NCBI RefSeq assembly: GCF_006345805.1 | Contig: NC_042999.1 | Coordinates: 128,774,001-128,838,000, forward strand | Length of the DNA: 64,000 nucleotides | Direction of reading: 5' to 3' | DNA from: Octopus sinensis | Taxonomy: Eukaryota | In this document: piece after piece, positions 22,690 to 35,600 of the stretch | Position numbering within the stretch: position 1 is the first letter of the stretch | Layout of the letters: every line of letters begins with the position of its first letter | Made by a program: the position numbers and the translations under genes | The notes under the pieces: generated by a model | The model's database searches: none | What the model was told of the DNA's origin: nothing | What the model saw: the letters and a program-made list of their open reading frames with translations, nothing else

Positions 22690-24508
22690 CAGTACCGCTT
22701 GTGGTACCAGTGCCGGTGGCACACAAGAATCCATCCGAACATGGCCGTAGTCAGTACCGCATCACTGGCCATCGTGCTGTGGGCACATAACAAACACCAT
22801 CCGGTCGTGGCCGTTCGCCAGCCTCATCTAGCACCTGTGTCGGTGGCACATAAAAACACCATCCGAAGACCCGGCAAGACTAGTCAGGCCATAAACCATG
22901 GCCCCTACCTGGGACGTAGTCAGTCCACCTGTGCATACCTTCCTCCTTGTGATACTTGTGAAGGCCTGTTGAGGCAAGTGAAAATCAAAATCAAAATCAA
23001 ATCAAAACAAATCAAAATAGATGAACATCAATGGAATTTGTATCTTTGTGGTACCAGTGCCGGTGGCACACAAGAGAAAACCATCCGAAAGTGGCCGTAG
23101 CCAGTACCGCATCGACTGGCCTCCGTGCTGTGGGCACATGACAAACACCATCCGATCGTGGCCGTTCGCCAGCCTCATCTAGCACCTGTGTCGGTGGCAC
23201 ATAAAAACACCATCCGAAGACCCGGCAAGACTAGTCAGGCCATAACCCATGGCCCCTACCTGGGACGTAGTCAGTCCACCTGTGCATACCTTCCTTCTTG
23301 TGACACTTGTGAAGACCTGTTGAGGCAAGTGAAAATCAAAATCAAAACAAATCAAAATAGATGAACATCAATGGAATCTGTATCTTTGTGGTACCAGTGC
23401 CGGTGGCACACACTTTGTGGTACCAGTGCCGGTGGCACACAAGAGAACCATCCGAACGTGGCCGTAGCCAGTTCCGCATCGACCGGCCTCCGTGCTGTGG
23501 GCACGTAACAAACACCATCCGATCATGGCCGTTCGCCAGCCTCATCTGGCACCTGTGTCGGTGGCACATAAAAAACACCTTCCGAAGACCCGGCAAGACT
23601 AGTCAGTCCACCTGTGCATACCTTCCTTCTTGTGACACTTGTGAAGACCAGTTGAGGCAAGTGAAAATCAAAATCAAATCAAATCAAATCAAAATAGACA
23701 AAATAGATGAACATCAATGGAATTTGTATCTTGTGGTACCAGTGCCTGTGGCACACAAGAAATCCATCAGTGCTGTAGTCAGTGCGGTGGGCACATGACA
23801 AACACCATCCGATCGTGGCCGTTCGCCAGCCTCATCTAGCACCTGTGTCGGTGGCACATAAAAACACCATCCGAAGACCCGGCAAGACTAGTCAGGCCAT
23901 AACCCATGGCCCCTACCTGGGACGTAGTCAGTCCACCTGTGCATACCTTCCTTCTTGTGACACTTGTGAAGACCTGTTGAGGCAAGTGAAAATCAAATCA
24001 AAACAAATCAAAATAGATGAACATCAATGGAATCTGTATCTTTGTGGTACCAGTGCCGGTGGCACGTGGCACACAAGAAAACAATCCGAACGTGGCCGTA
24101 GCCAGTACCGCATCGACTGGCCTCCGTGCTGTGGGCACGTAACAAGCACCATCCGATCGTGGCCTTTTGCCAGCCTCATCTGGCACCTGTGTCGGTGGCA
24201 CATAAAAACACCATCCGAGCGTGGCCGTCTGCCAGCCTCGTCTGGCACCTGTGTCGGTGGCACATAAAAACACCATCCGAGCGTGGCCGTTTGCCAGCCT
24301 CGTCTGGCACCTGTGTCGGTGGCACATAAAATCACCCACTACACTCTCGGAGTGGTTGGCGTTAGGAAGGGCATCCAGCTGTAGAAACACTGCCAGATCT
24401 GACTGGACTGGTGCAGCTTTCGGGCTCCCCAGACCCCAGTTGAACCGTCCAACCCATGCTAGCATGGAAAGCGGACGTTAAATGATGATGATGATGATGA
24501 TGATGATA
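22690..24508 (+). mobile_element. RTE LINE 3' end with four ~345-bp tandem copies of the stop-codon/3' UTR segment
   Basis: Units start GTGGTACCAGTGCC at 22701, 23048, 23388, 23733 and 24044. Each of the first four contains AAGACCCGGCAAGACTAG, the ORF end seen at 12958-12975. The array is followed by the family terminus and a (GAT)n tail. Confidence 0.88.
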
Positions 24509-24817
24509 TCCCTTCATTTGCATGGTTCCAACCAATTTGCATTTTAAATATGGTAACCTCATGATATTATGGATATTTCATCTTCAAATACCTCTAAAGC
24601 AAACAGTGGCCAGGGAATGAAATTTGCTTAGTGAGTGCAAACTCAGGTCCAAATTTTTTACAAACAAGGCTGATTTTTTTGTCAAAACAAACACAAGTAT
24701 AATAATATTTTGCGTTATTATACATGGAAAATTAATGCTTCAAAACATTCCAAAAGTTTTTATATACTCACTCGTTTTGGTGATGAGGTTTTCCAAGAGG
24801 ATGTCCAAAGTTCTTTT

Positions 24818-25566
24818 GGATCTTTTCTGTTTGGCTGCCAAGGTTTCAAAAATTAAAGTTTATCAACAATTTTTAAATTTGGTACATTAATGTAGTTTTC
24901 CAAGCTGAATTGCTGGAGTTATTTCCCTTTTTCCCCAAAAAAAACTTTTTCTTAAAGTTATAGAGGTTTAAAGTTTGATCATTTTCACCCAGTCAGGAAA
25001 CAGGATTTGGAAACCGTCATTTTGTGCATGACCGCACATTTTGTCATCAGCATCCTGAAAATAGCATGTTTTGTCAATATGTGATTTCTGCATGCAGAAA
25101 ACAAATAAACAACTCATCTTTTGTAGTTTTAAGCATTCAATATACATTTAGTGTGATAAGCAGCATATTACAAATTAAATATTTCTCAAAATAGACTTAT
25201 AGCACAAACTTATAAGATTTATCTAAAAACAAAAATAGATCGGTAAAATTTCCAGGCTAGGAAAACAGTAGAACACAGCATCAATAAGTGGTTTCAACAA
25301 GTGGTATCAACACATGCTTTCTTGCAGACAAAAGAGTTCTCATGTTCAGTTTGTTACTATGGAAATAGGCATGAATGTGTGTGTGGCTTATGATTAGCTA
25401 AAATTACCCAAAATTTTCAAACTTTAATTGCTAATAACTTTTTAATTAATGATTAATGGCGAAAATAATTTTCATGGCATTGATTAGCCTATAAAAGTGT
25501 ACCATTACACTAAATATGAAATCAATTTGAACAGAAATTGACCTTGGCAGCCAAACAGAAAAGATT
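24818..25566 (-). mobile_element. Internally deleted Merlin-like element (~750 bp), inverted relative to 29314-31145
   Basis: Ends GGATCTTTTCTGTTTGGCTGCCA and TGGCAGCCAAACAGAAAAGATT. 24818-25085 is the reverse-complement homologue of 30890-31145, and 25381-25566 of 29314-29500. The TSD is poorly preserved. Confidence 0.7.
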
Positions 25567-25599
25567 GTGTTTTCATTGCACAAGTTTTTGTGTACACAC

Positions 25600-26480
25600 A
25601 TAGCAGCATAGAGTGTTAGACAGTGTTGCATCATTGTGCTATAGAGTCAGGTCTTCAAATAGCAAAGTTTGCTGAACATTTTTTTGCTTGATGCAACAAA
25701 CACAGGCTTGCAACATGACATTCTCATCACAAAATCTTGTCCATTGTGCTTCCAGAAGAATGGTGCACTGGTGAACAAAGTTCAGTGCATCAGTGATCAT
25801 GGCAACTTTAGATCCAACTTTTTGGAGGACAAGTGTGCAAAATATGTACCAGGAAACATTTAATCTCATTTGTATGCCTGAAATGTTTCCACCCATGGTA
25901 CATGCACTGTCAAAGGCAAAAGCAGCATAATTTTGACTCCAGGGAAATGTTTAGGCAACAGAAACATCCAGAATAACCTTAGTCAGTGTCTCCAAAGTGT
26001 AGTCAGGAGGGTTGTAAAAACTAAGAACATCTTCATGGACATCCAGGTCTTCAGAAACATAATGGACAATGATTGATTCTTGTTCCATGCCAGTGCAATC
26101 ACATATAACATCAATAAACATGGAATCTTCAACTTTTTTTTTCTCATCTCATGTAGGGTTTTATAAGCATATGCTTCTAGGATTTCATTTTGTATGGTAT
26201 CAAATAGGATATTAACACATTGTCTAAGCTGCTGACTTATTTCTGCACCATATTCTTCGGCAAGTTCTTTTATGAGGTTTATAAAGTTTCCTGTGATATG
26301 TATTAATTTTCTCTTTGAAGATGTAACTAGTAACTTTTTTTATCTTTTACTAAGAATATTCCTTGATCCTTCTACGATGGAACTGCTATTATCTTTCATT
26401 AAGGATTTCCTCAATTCTCTGATCATGAAAGTGCTAACCACTATTATCTTTCACTAAATATGTTCTTTTATTCTTTGATG
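25600..26480 (-). pseudogene. hAT transposase relic (ZMYM1/DUF4371-like)
   Basis: The minus strand reads GNFINLIKELAEEY...LFDTIQNEILE...FIDVICDCTGMEQESIIVHYVSEDLDVHEDVLSFY...TLETL...AFDSACTMGGNISGIQ. This matches recalled hAT motifs GNF..L, TIQNEI, D.sg.EQ.si..RYV and YDGAs.MsG...GvQ, with frameshifts and stops. Confidence 0.75.
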
Positions 26481-29313
26481 AACCACAGCTTGATGCTGAC
26501 TGGTTGCTTGTGTGTGTCTGTGTCTGTGTTTGTGTTAGTTCACCATTCTACTTGACAATCAGTGTTGGTTTGTTTACATCTCTGTAAGTTATTGGTTCAG
26601 TAAAAGAGACTAATAAAATAAATACCAGACTAAAAAATAAGTTCTGAGATTAATTTTTTCTACTAAACCTATCAGTCTGATGGCAAAAAATAGTAAAAGA
26701 TAAAAGATATATGATAGGCTTCCATACAATTTTTGTTTACCAAGTGTACACACAGTGCAATGATCAACCTAAGTTACAAGATATTTGACCAAGGTACCAG
26801 GCAACACAATAGAACTTGAAACCATATGGTTACAAAGGAAATTTTGTCTTCCCCAGTGAAGATCAATTAAATCAACCATCATTCTTCTCTTTATAATCTT
26901 TTGTCTGGAATCTCAGTGTGGTCATTAAATTTATTAAGACAGTAACCAAATCTCCCTCATACCACAGTCTTAAAAGAAACACATTTGATTCTTAACTGGG
27001 GTCCATATGGCCCTTGGCAGTCCACATAGGATTCCATTGTTAAAAATTTATGAGCAATAAATTGGTTATACTTCTGAAGAAATAATAAATGCGCCCTTTT
27101 TAAAGCCTAGCCAGGCTCATGGGCCCGGTTTCCCGGTTTCTATGACGTATGTGTTACCCAGCTGGAAGGACACCAGTCCATCGCAGCATTACTCATTTTT
27201 GCCAGCTGAGTGGACTGGAATAACGTGAAATGAAGTGTTTTGCTCAAGAACACAATGCATCGCCCAGTCCAGGAATCAAAACCACAATCTTATGATCATG
27301 ATGCTGACACCCTAACCACTAAGCCACGCGCCTCCACTGGTTATACTTCTACAATACACAAAATATTTTAACAACCTTTTTAATAAAATTTCTTATAATA
27401 TTTAATTAGGAAAATACAACAGGATTTTTTAAAATATTGAATGGCTATGGAGGTCAACCAGAGTAAGATAGGAATCAAAGGGGTCCATAGGTGAAAAATG
27501 TTTGAGAACCACTGCATTAGATAATGTAGTCTGGGATACATTATTCCTAAAAGCAAAACAAGAAACAGGACAGTCTTGGATCAATTGATTTGATCATAGG
27601 TCAACACAGTCAGAAACAACTTATTGACTGAGGCTATATAATAACTACAACAATGTACAATATTGTTTAACAAGTTCAACCCTGATGAGCAAAGATATCA
27701 AAAGTGCTCCGACTATGACCATCTTGACTTACTTTTTTCAACGCTAATATATCTAGAATTATATTATCTAGTTTATCTTTCCTTTTTAAGACAGTGTGAC
27801 ATGATTTGAGGGAGACCATTACCAGCATCATTTATTGTCCACTTTTCCATGCTTGCATGGGTTAGATGGGTTTAGTTGCAGCAGATTTTCTATGGCAGGA
27901 TGTCCTTCCTGTAATCAGCCCAAACCTGTTTCCCAGTCAAAAAACCTGTTTCCCCATGGCCAGACATGTTCTCACAGAATATAGGAAATAAATGACACTG
28001 CTTATATGACAGTGACACTCATTTACAATTGTCATGTTAAATCAAGACAATGAGACACAAACACACACTCTTACATACACATATACACATGCACAAACAC
28101 ATATACATACATACACACACACATCTATCTATACTCCCCACACACATATGTCTACAAAAAAGTACTCCATTTGGTGAGAGATAAATATTATTTAGTAAAT
28201 ACAATATTTGTTTTTATGAGATACTATTAGTTTCATGCGATGAAAGCAGCTCAGACAGCCTTTTTTAACATGTCAAGTGACTTAGCACAATCCTCAGACT
28301 GTGTTCATATGGCATAACAAGCTAAAAATGGGACAATAGGACGAGAGAGAAAAATGAGAAAAGGCAAGAAGAAAGTAGATGTAACAGGGAGAAGGTTGAA
28401 AAACTGGAAAATAAAAAAGAAAACAGAAAGAAGCAAAGGGAAAGAATTAGAGTTATGTCCCATTTTACTGCAATTTATAAAGCTGAAAAAATAGTGACCT
28501 GGAGTCTGCAGTACAGCTCAATCTGGAGTGGATGGTACTCTCCAATTCGCCAACAGGAACTTATCCATATGCTTACAACAACTGAAAATTTCAGATATGG
28601 AATTCAGCAGTGTGGTAGTGTTCTTAGATCTGAAAAGGATCTGTGTTCTTTCAGCTATGCATTTTTTTGATTTGTTGACATATGTGTGGATTTTCCAACC
28701 ATTTTCCACTTTATTGTATGTTGTGTGGAATTAGACTTCAAATCCCATACATGGCTAGCCAACTAAGAACCCAATGCATCACCCAGTCCTGATATTGAAT
28801 CTATGACAATATGATTGCAACAATATGATTGGGAATCTATCAGCTTAACTGCAAGGCATGTGGCCTTAGATATTCTATTTTTAGATATGCTGTTCTGATT
28901 AAAAAGACAATCATGGGTGAGTATAGCCTGAATATCTTTGATTTTTGGTTTGCTTGATCGGAGTTGATCTCACTGATGTAACTAGAGTGTGTGTCTCTAC
29001 CCACCTTAGCAATACAGTTTATTCAGGCTTATACAGTAGGCCCCAAAGTGCCACCTTCATAAATGCATTGCCAAAGACAAACTTCTCCCTGCTCACAGCT
29101 ATCTATACCACAAGTTGAACTAATGCTAACAACAATTGACTCCTCACTTGGAAACATTTCTTTAACTAGATCACTAATTAATAAAAACTTATAACTAAAT
29201 GAAGATTAATATGGCAATTCCTAGATCACCAAAAATTAAACAAATTTTATACAAAATTCAGTATCAGAGAAAACTGTGTGAATTTGTATTAGCAACATAA
29301 GCCAAAAAAAGAG

Positions 29314-31145
29314 GGATCTTTTCTGTTTGGCTGCCAGTGTCAATTTTCTGTTCGAATTGATTTCATATCCATTGTAATGATGCACTTTATAGGCTAATTA
29401 ATGATGTAAAAGTAATTTTCACTATAAATAAAAAAATAAAGTGTTATTAGTGATTAAAGTTTGAGAAGTTTGGTAATTTTAGCCAATCGTAAGCCACAGA
29501 TACATTCATGGCTGTTTCAATAGTATGAAGTGGAACATGAGAACTCTTTTGCCTATTGCCATTGTAGCAGTCTTTGAAAAATCTTTTATCTGCGAGGAAG
29601 TACGTGTTGGCAGCAGTCTTTGAAACGTCTTTTATTAGCGAGGAAACATGTGTTGACAAATTTGACGCTGTATTCTGAGTTCTGTCTGATTATGGCAGCA
29701 AGCTCCAGTAACTTCGCTTCTATTATGGAACAATTGAAAACAGAGGAGGATACTGTATTGTACCTTCAAGAAAAGGGTGTTATTATACCCAAAAGAAAAT
29801 TATGTAAAAAGAGGCATGTCATGTGTACGAAAAGATGTGGTGGGAACATACTGGTGATGCTTGCAGCTTAAATGTTTGTTTTTTAAGCATATTTAAATTG
29901 TAATGTGTTAATTGCACATGTGTTGTTCATCGCATTTACATTAAATGTATATTGAATGCTTAAATGCTTGTTTACTCATTTCTTTTTGTCATTGAACATT
30001 GAGGTGGTTGTGAGGTGTGCTAAAAATAACAGCTAAATAAGATTTTTTGGATAAATCTTTTAAATTGACATAAACATTTATTTACATGAAGGAAATTACC
30101 AGAGAACTTTCATCTAATTCTTCCAAATCTTTCTGTTAAAAATTGTACTCGAAAGAATGCCTTAATATTTGGTAAATGTTTGCTTTTTAAGCATATTTAA
30201 ATTGCAATTAAATATATTTAAATTGTAATGTGGTTATTGCATGTAAATGTGTTGTTCATCGCATTTGCATTAAATGTATATTGAATGCTTAAATGTTTGT
30301 TTACTCATTTCTTTTTGTGATTGAACATTGAGGTGGTTGTGAGGTGTGCTAAAAATAACAGCTAAATAAGATTTTTTGGATAAATCTTTTAAATTGACAT
30401 AAACATTTATTTACATGAAGGAAATTACCAGAGAACTTTCATCTAATTCTTCCAAATCTTTCTGTTAAAAATTGTACTCGAAAGAATGCCTTAATATTTG
30501 GTAAATGTTTGCTTTTTAAGCATATTTAAATTGCAATTAAATATATTTAAATTGTAATGTGGTTATTGCATGTAATGTGTTGTTCATCGCATTTGCATTA
30601 AATGTATATTGAATGCTTAAATGTTTGTTTACTCATTTCTTTTTGTGATTGAACATTGAGGTGGTTGTGAAGTATTTGCCAACATCTTGCTCAGAAATTT
30701 AAAACTGTTTTTCTCTTTTAAAATTCTTCCAAACCTTTCTGTTAAAAATTGTAATGTGTTTATCGTATGTAGTGTTGTTTATCGCATTTGCATTAAACAC
30801 TGGTGGTTGTGAGATGTGCTAAAAATAACAACTGAAAAAGATTTATTTACATGAAAGAAAATTACCAGAGACATAACACGTGTTGTTTACAAATATTGAC
30901 AACACGTGCTATTTTCAGGATGTTGACAAAATATGCAGTCACGCACAAAATGACAGGCTTCCAAATCCTGTTTCCTAACTGGGTGAAAATGATCAAACTT
31001 TAGACCACTATAATTTTTTTAAAACAATTTTCTGGAAAAAGTGAAATAACTGCAGCAGTTCAGTTTGGGCAAGTGCATTATTGTGCCAAATTTTAAAATT
31101 TTCGGTAAAATTTCTGAAATGCTGGCAGCCAAACTGAAAAGATCC
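29314..31145 (+). mobile_element. Non-autonomous Merlin (IS1595-related) DNA transposon with transposase N-terminal remnant
   Basis: 23-bp TIRs GGATCTTTTCTGTTTGGCTGCCA / TGGCAGCCAAACTGAAAAGATCC. The 8-bp flanks AAAAAGAG / AAAGAGAG differ by one base. 29692-29830 encodes MAASSSNFASIMEQLKTEEDTVLYLQEKGVIIPKRKLCKKRHVM, which resembles Merlin transposase N-termini as recalled. Confidence 0.65.
29870..30670. repeat. ~2.5 near-identical tandem copies of a 304-329-bp unit inside the Merlin-like element
   Basis: Units start AAATGTTTG.TTTTTAAGCATATTTAAATTG at ~29870, 30174 and 30503. Confidence 0.9.
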
Positions 31146-31559
31146 AAAGAGAGTTTGTGGAATGTACAATGACCATAGTAAGTAGTTTAGCATTTCAGAC
31201 TCTTGACATTCAACAGAAATAGGAAAACGAAGTTGTTGATCATTCCTTGCCTATAGCCATACTGCTTTTTGGTGAAAGACAAAAAACCAAAACGTTAGAC
31301 TTTCTACTTATGCTTATTGTACTTATCAACACACAGCAAACTCTATTTAATATATGTGGCCATGTTTGTGTGCGTTCAAATTACTAATTAATAGCGATTT
31401 AAGGAGCTTTAGTAATGAGACAGTAAGAAGGTTAAATATGCATAAGACAACTACAACAAAAACACTGTCTGGTGAACTTGTGTGTATATTTACTTTACAA
31501 GTGTACAGATAAATCCGTGCTGCCATTTCGTTTGCTTTATAATAGTGTGTGTGGGAGGG

Positions 31560-32040
31560 AAAGAGTGGATGTGTACATGAGAGAGAGAGGAGGGTGGGGA
31601 GAAAGTAGAAAAGTAAGCTACGTGATGGAGAAGAAAGAAAACAGAAAAGAAGAGGAAAAAGAGAAAGAACAGAAACGACGAGAGAGAAGGATTAAGAGGG
31701 GTAGAAGGAACAAAATGTGAGGGTGAGAGAGAGGAAATAAATAAAGCGTGAAAGTGAGAGAAGAAAGTGAAAATAATTCAAAGAGAGAAAACTGGGGGTG
31801 GCGGTAGAGGTGATTAAAAAAGGAGATGGAGTGATCTCTAAAACAGAATGGGGAAAAGAAGAGAATATAAGAAGAGGGGAGAATAAAAAGACATGTGCGG
31901 AAAAGAGAGAAAGTGAGAGAATAGAATGGAAAAAGAAGTGACAGAGTGGGAGGGTATGAAGACAGTTTGATACAGGAAGAGAAAGGAGAAACGAGGGAGT
32001 GAAAATCAGACAGAGAAAGGAAGAGGGAATGAAAGATGTA
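31560..32040 (+). repeat. Purine-rich (GA) low-complexity tract
   Basis: About 480 bp strongly biased to A/G on the + strand. Confidence 0.7.
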
Positions 32041-32484
32041 TTGGGAAACACAGACAGGTGGATATTATGCTTCCTATTCTCTTTACGTAGGCTGAATAAT
32101 AACGAAATATAAACAGAAGTGTCTGATCACCAGAGAGCTGGACGTTAAACACCTTCAACCAACTATACGATTCATCCATTGATATCAACAACGTCAACAC
32201 CATCTCACTGTGTCCACTACAGCTTGTGCGCATATACATACACACATACACTCAAACACACACACACACACACGCCCGATTTATACAGTTTCAGTTCTGG
32301 TATTTGCAGCGGAAGAGAAAGGATTTTGATGTGTTGCATGGACTGAAGCTATTTGACTGCAAAGCCTAGCTACTGACGGACTACCACCACCACTATCACT
32401 ATCACTAACATCACTTCCATTATCGACAAAAGGAGCCAGGCAATCGGTTCACTCATTTGTCTGTATGAAGCAGAGATCAATTGG

Positions 32485-32599
32485 ATGGCCACTAGTGCCG
32501 CCCGAATCATGTCTACACGGACTGATCGCTTGGATGAATTCCGCTGCGATGCCCAAGTGGCTGTAGAACTAAGTCAGTTGGCTAGCTGGCCTATATTGA
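32485..32599 (+). CDS. Candidate first coding exon of an unidentified gene (MATSAARIMSTRTDRLDEFRCDAQVAVELSQLASWPIL)
   Basis: Locally GC/CpG-rich and non-repetitive. ATG at 32485 is the first in-frame Met after an upstream stop. Phase-1 donor TTGA|GTATGT at 32599/32600 and a possible acceptor CTCTTTACGTAG at 32090. No homologue recognised. Confidence 0.3.
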
Positions 32600-32979
32600 G
32601 TATGTAAACACCTTTCTTAAACTTGATGTCCATTTTATGATTGCTGCTACTGTTGTTGTGGCTGCAGCTGCTGCTGCTGCTGCTGTTGAATTTGTTGTTG
32701 TTTCTTAATATTGTTTTACATGTTGATAACAGTTGATAGAGAGTGATGTCTTCTTTATTTTTCCTTTTCCTGTGATTTTCTTTCTCTCACTCTCCATCTC
32801 TTTTTACATGTCCAGTTAGTTACCTTCCAGGAATAAACTGATGCTTAACACACATTAAAAATACACATTGTGTTGCACTTTTATTTATATACATCTTTGA
32901 GCTACAACAGATAGTGAAGGAATGTAATAATATGTACGTATTTATGCACACAGGAATGCATACTTACACATATACACAC

Positions 32980-32981
<2 letters not shown>

Positions 32982-33052
<71 letters not shown>

Positions 33053-33053
33053 C

Positions 33054-33108
<55 letters not shown>

Positions 33109-33110
33109 AT
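32982..33110. repeat. (TATC)n microsatellite
   Basis: Long near-perfect tetranucleotide run. Confidence 0.95.
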
Positions 33111-33739
33111 CTATTCTCGACCCCTCTCTCTATCTATCTATATGTATATATGTGTGTGTATGTATGTGAAACAAGCTCAAACATATATGCGCACCAAATA
33201 CGCACATATACTTACATATACACATATATGTGCGTACACATATGTGTGTGTGTATATATACACAAATTGGGTACGTACATTCACATATACATACGTTTGT
33301 ATGTATGCATATATGTACGCATGTATGGGTGCGCTTAATCGTGCATGCGTGTGACTGTGTGTACGCGTGAGCGCGCGATTCTTGTTGAATGCTGCTGTAA
33401 CTCTTGAAATGTTAAAGATCTGAGATTTTAGAAGATGGAAAAGCACATGACGAAATAACAAAAGGATTAGGAAATAAATAAATAAATGAGTTTTTATCCT
33501 TTTCTTTTTTTGTTTTTACTAACGAATGCACTTAGATCAAACTGATGTGGATAACCATATTGGATATCAACAGTGTTCAGTTTTATATACTAATAGGAAT
33601 TGCAATGATAGTATTATATTCTCTAAACACGGAAATGCCGTTGTGTAGTGACTGTCGCATACATAACCTCAGTTATGCACAAGCATACAGGAGAATATTG
33701 ACACAAAGAAATAGCAAGACAGGTGGCTAAGGATTTGAG

Positions 33740-33740
33740 T

Positions 33741-33776
<36 letters not shown>

Positions 33777-33802
33777 TGCGTGTATGTATACATGTGTTTA
33801 TA

Positions 33803-33855
<53 letters not shown>

Positions 33856-33984
33856 ATATATACACACATATATGTGTATATATACATATATAGAAAGAGA
33901 GACAGACGGATTAATAGATAAACTGACATAGGTAGATAGATAAGTCCACTTTAAATGCAATGTACGCAAGATGCAGGCATATAA

Positions 33985-34071
<87 letters not shown>

Positions 34072-34213
34072 GAGAGAGAGAGAGCAGTCTAAAGCCCACT
34101 GACACATTGACTATATATATATGTATGTATATACGTACATACATGTATGTATATATATACACACATATATGTACTATATATATATATATATGTGCTATAT
34201 ATATACATATGTT

Positions 34214-34248
<35 letters not shown>

Positions 34249-34315
34249 ACTATATATATACACACATACACACACACACACACATACACACACATACACA
34301 CACACACACACATAT
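33740..34315. repeat. Compound (TG)/(TA)/(GA)/(CA) microsatellite cluster
   Basis: Directly visible. Similar clusters at 7700-7990, 14530-14600, 42310-42590, 45740-45920 and 62485-62590. Confidence 0.95.
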
Positions 34316-34599
34316 AAACTCGTTGATGTTAGTATTCATAGAAACAACAATTAAATGTAAAGTTTGAAATGAGCTTCATTATTTTTAGAAATTTAAAGTA
34401 CATGTAAAAATATCAAAATCCAAAATAGAACAAGTGATTCTGCTTCATCATGTATAAAACTAAATTCACAGCACATTTTATCGTGTATTATCCCTTATCC
34501 TATATTACTGCCAGACCATCGCGTCTTCTCTCAGCTTTCGTTTAACCACATTAGAACGTTTGCTTTATTACTTCTTTTGGAAAGGACGGGTTTTATTCA

Positions 34600-35600
34600 T
34601 TAAGTGTTCCATCTACTGTCATCATTCTCTTCGGGAAGGACTCGATATGCTGTGGCTAATATTGTACGGACAAGAGTTGTTGCGGCATCGGTAGAGGTTT
34701 GGGAACAGTGGGCAAGAACAAATGTCATCGCCCTTTGCCTGACATGCTTCCCCATTTTTCACTTTAACACGCCTGGATCAAACGAAAACCAATACTGGGC
34801 ACCTGGTGTCTGGAATTACGTCGGGCGCTCACCGTCCAATACCATTGGGTCACACAGCTAGTGGAACTTTCATGTAAGCTTTCTATAAAGTACTTGTGGC
34901 GGGGACAGACAGTGATGTTCTTGGAGTAAACTCTGAATGGCAAAATGACTCGACTGGCTTGTCTATTCCGGTGGATAACAGATAACTTCCAGAAATCCCT
35001 TGACTGGCAGTGCTACAGAGCAAGGAGAGCATTTCCAGTTCGAGATAAGCACTTCAGGCAGGAAAGTGCTCTCAGCCAGGCTTGTTTGAGATGCACATAA
35101 AACAAAACCGTTTTGTTTGCTCTGCATCCCAGCATTGCTGACTCGTCGATTTTTGTCGAACAGCTGTTGCATGTAGGACGGATCCAGCTATCGGCCATTG
35201 TGAAGATCGCCCCGCCACTTTGTTTTAGCAGCGAAGAACAAATAGTTTTCCTGACTGGTCGCTTTAGTAAAAGAGTGTGCAGTGGACACAGCTAAATGAA
35301 CAAAAGACATACTTTTCACTTTGGCCAAGGCCTTATCGACGTTTACAAGTTCTACTTGAGAAGGGATGTGCTACTCTTCTGTAAACTTGGTGAAAGATGG
35401 ATGTGAATAAGAAACGTATCACGAATGGGTTTACTCTATGTATGCGCCTGTAGACCAGAGATCTGGTCAAATGAGGGCACTCGTCCTTCCTTGTTAGGAT
35501 AATCCTTGATCTAGGAGGTAATACTTGATTTTGATTGGTTGGCTTTAGGTGGTACTTTACAAATATCTGATATGTTCGTTCTTTAGGAACCACATTAGAT
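34600..35600 (-). mobile_element. Possible Tc1-like relic (CpG-rich block)
   Basis: Minus-strand fragments KQSGGAIF, APDVIP and PQHIESFPKRMM loosely resemble Tc1 motifs in the expected order. Heavily disrupted. Confidence 0.25.

Noticed and set aside
24818-31145. Composite transposon formed by two inverted Merlin-like elements around the hAT relic
   Set aside because: The outer flanks (GTTCTTTT vs AAAGAGAG) are not a TSD, and the right element has its own TSD, so these are independent insertions.
32914-34367. ORFs rich in YI, CV, HT or YLSI repeats (also 42169-42615, 45740-46124, 7549-8082), and poly-His ORFs at RTE tails
   Set aside because: These are translations of (TA)n, (TG)n, (CA)n, (TATC)n and (CAT)n microsatellites.
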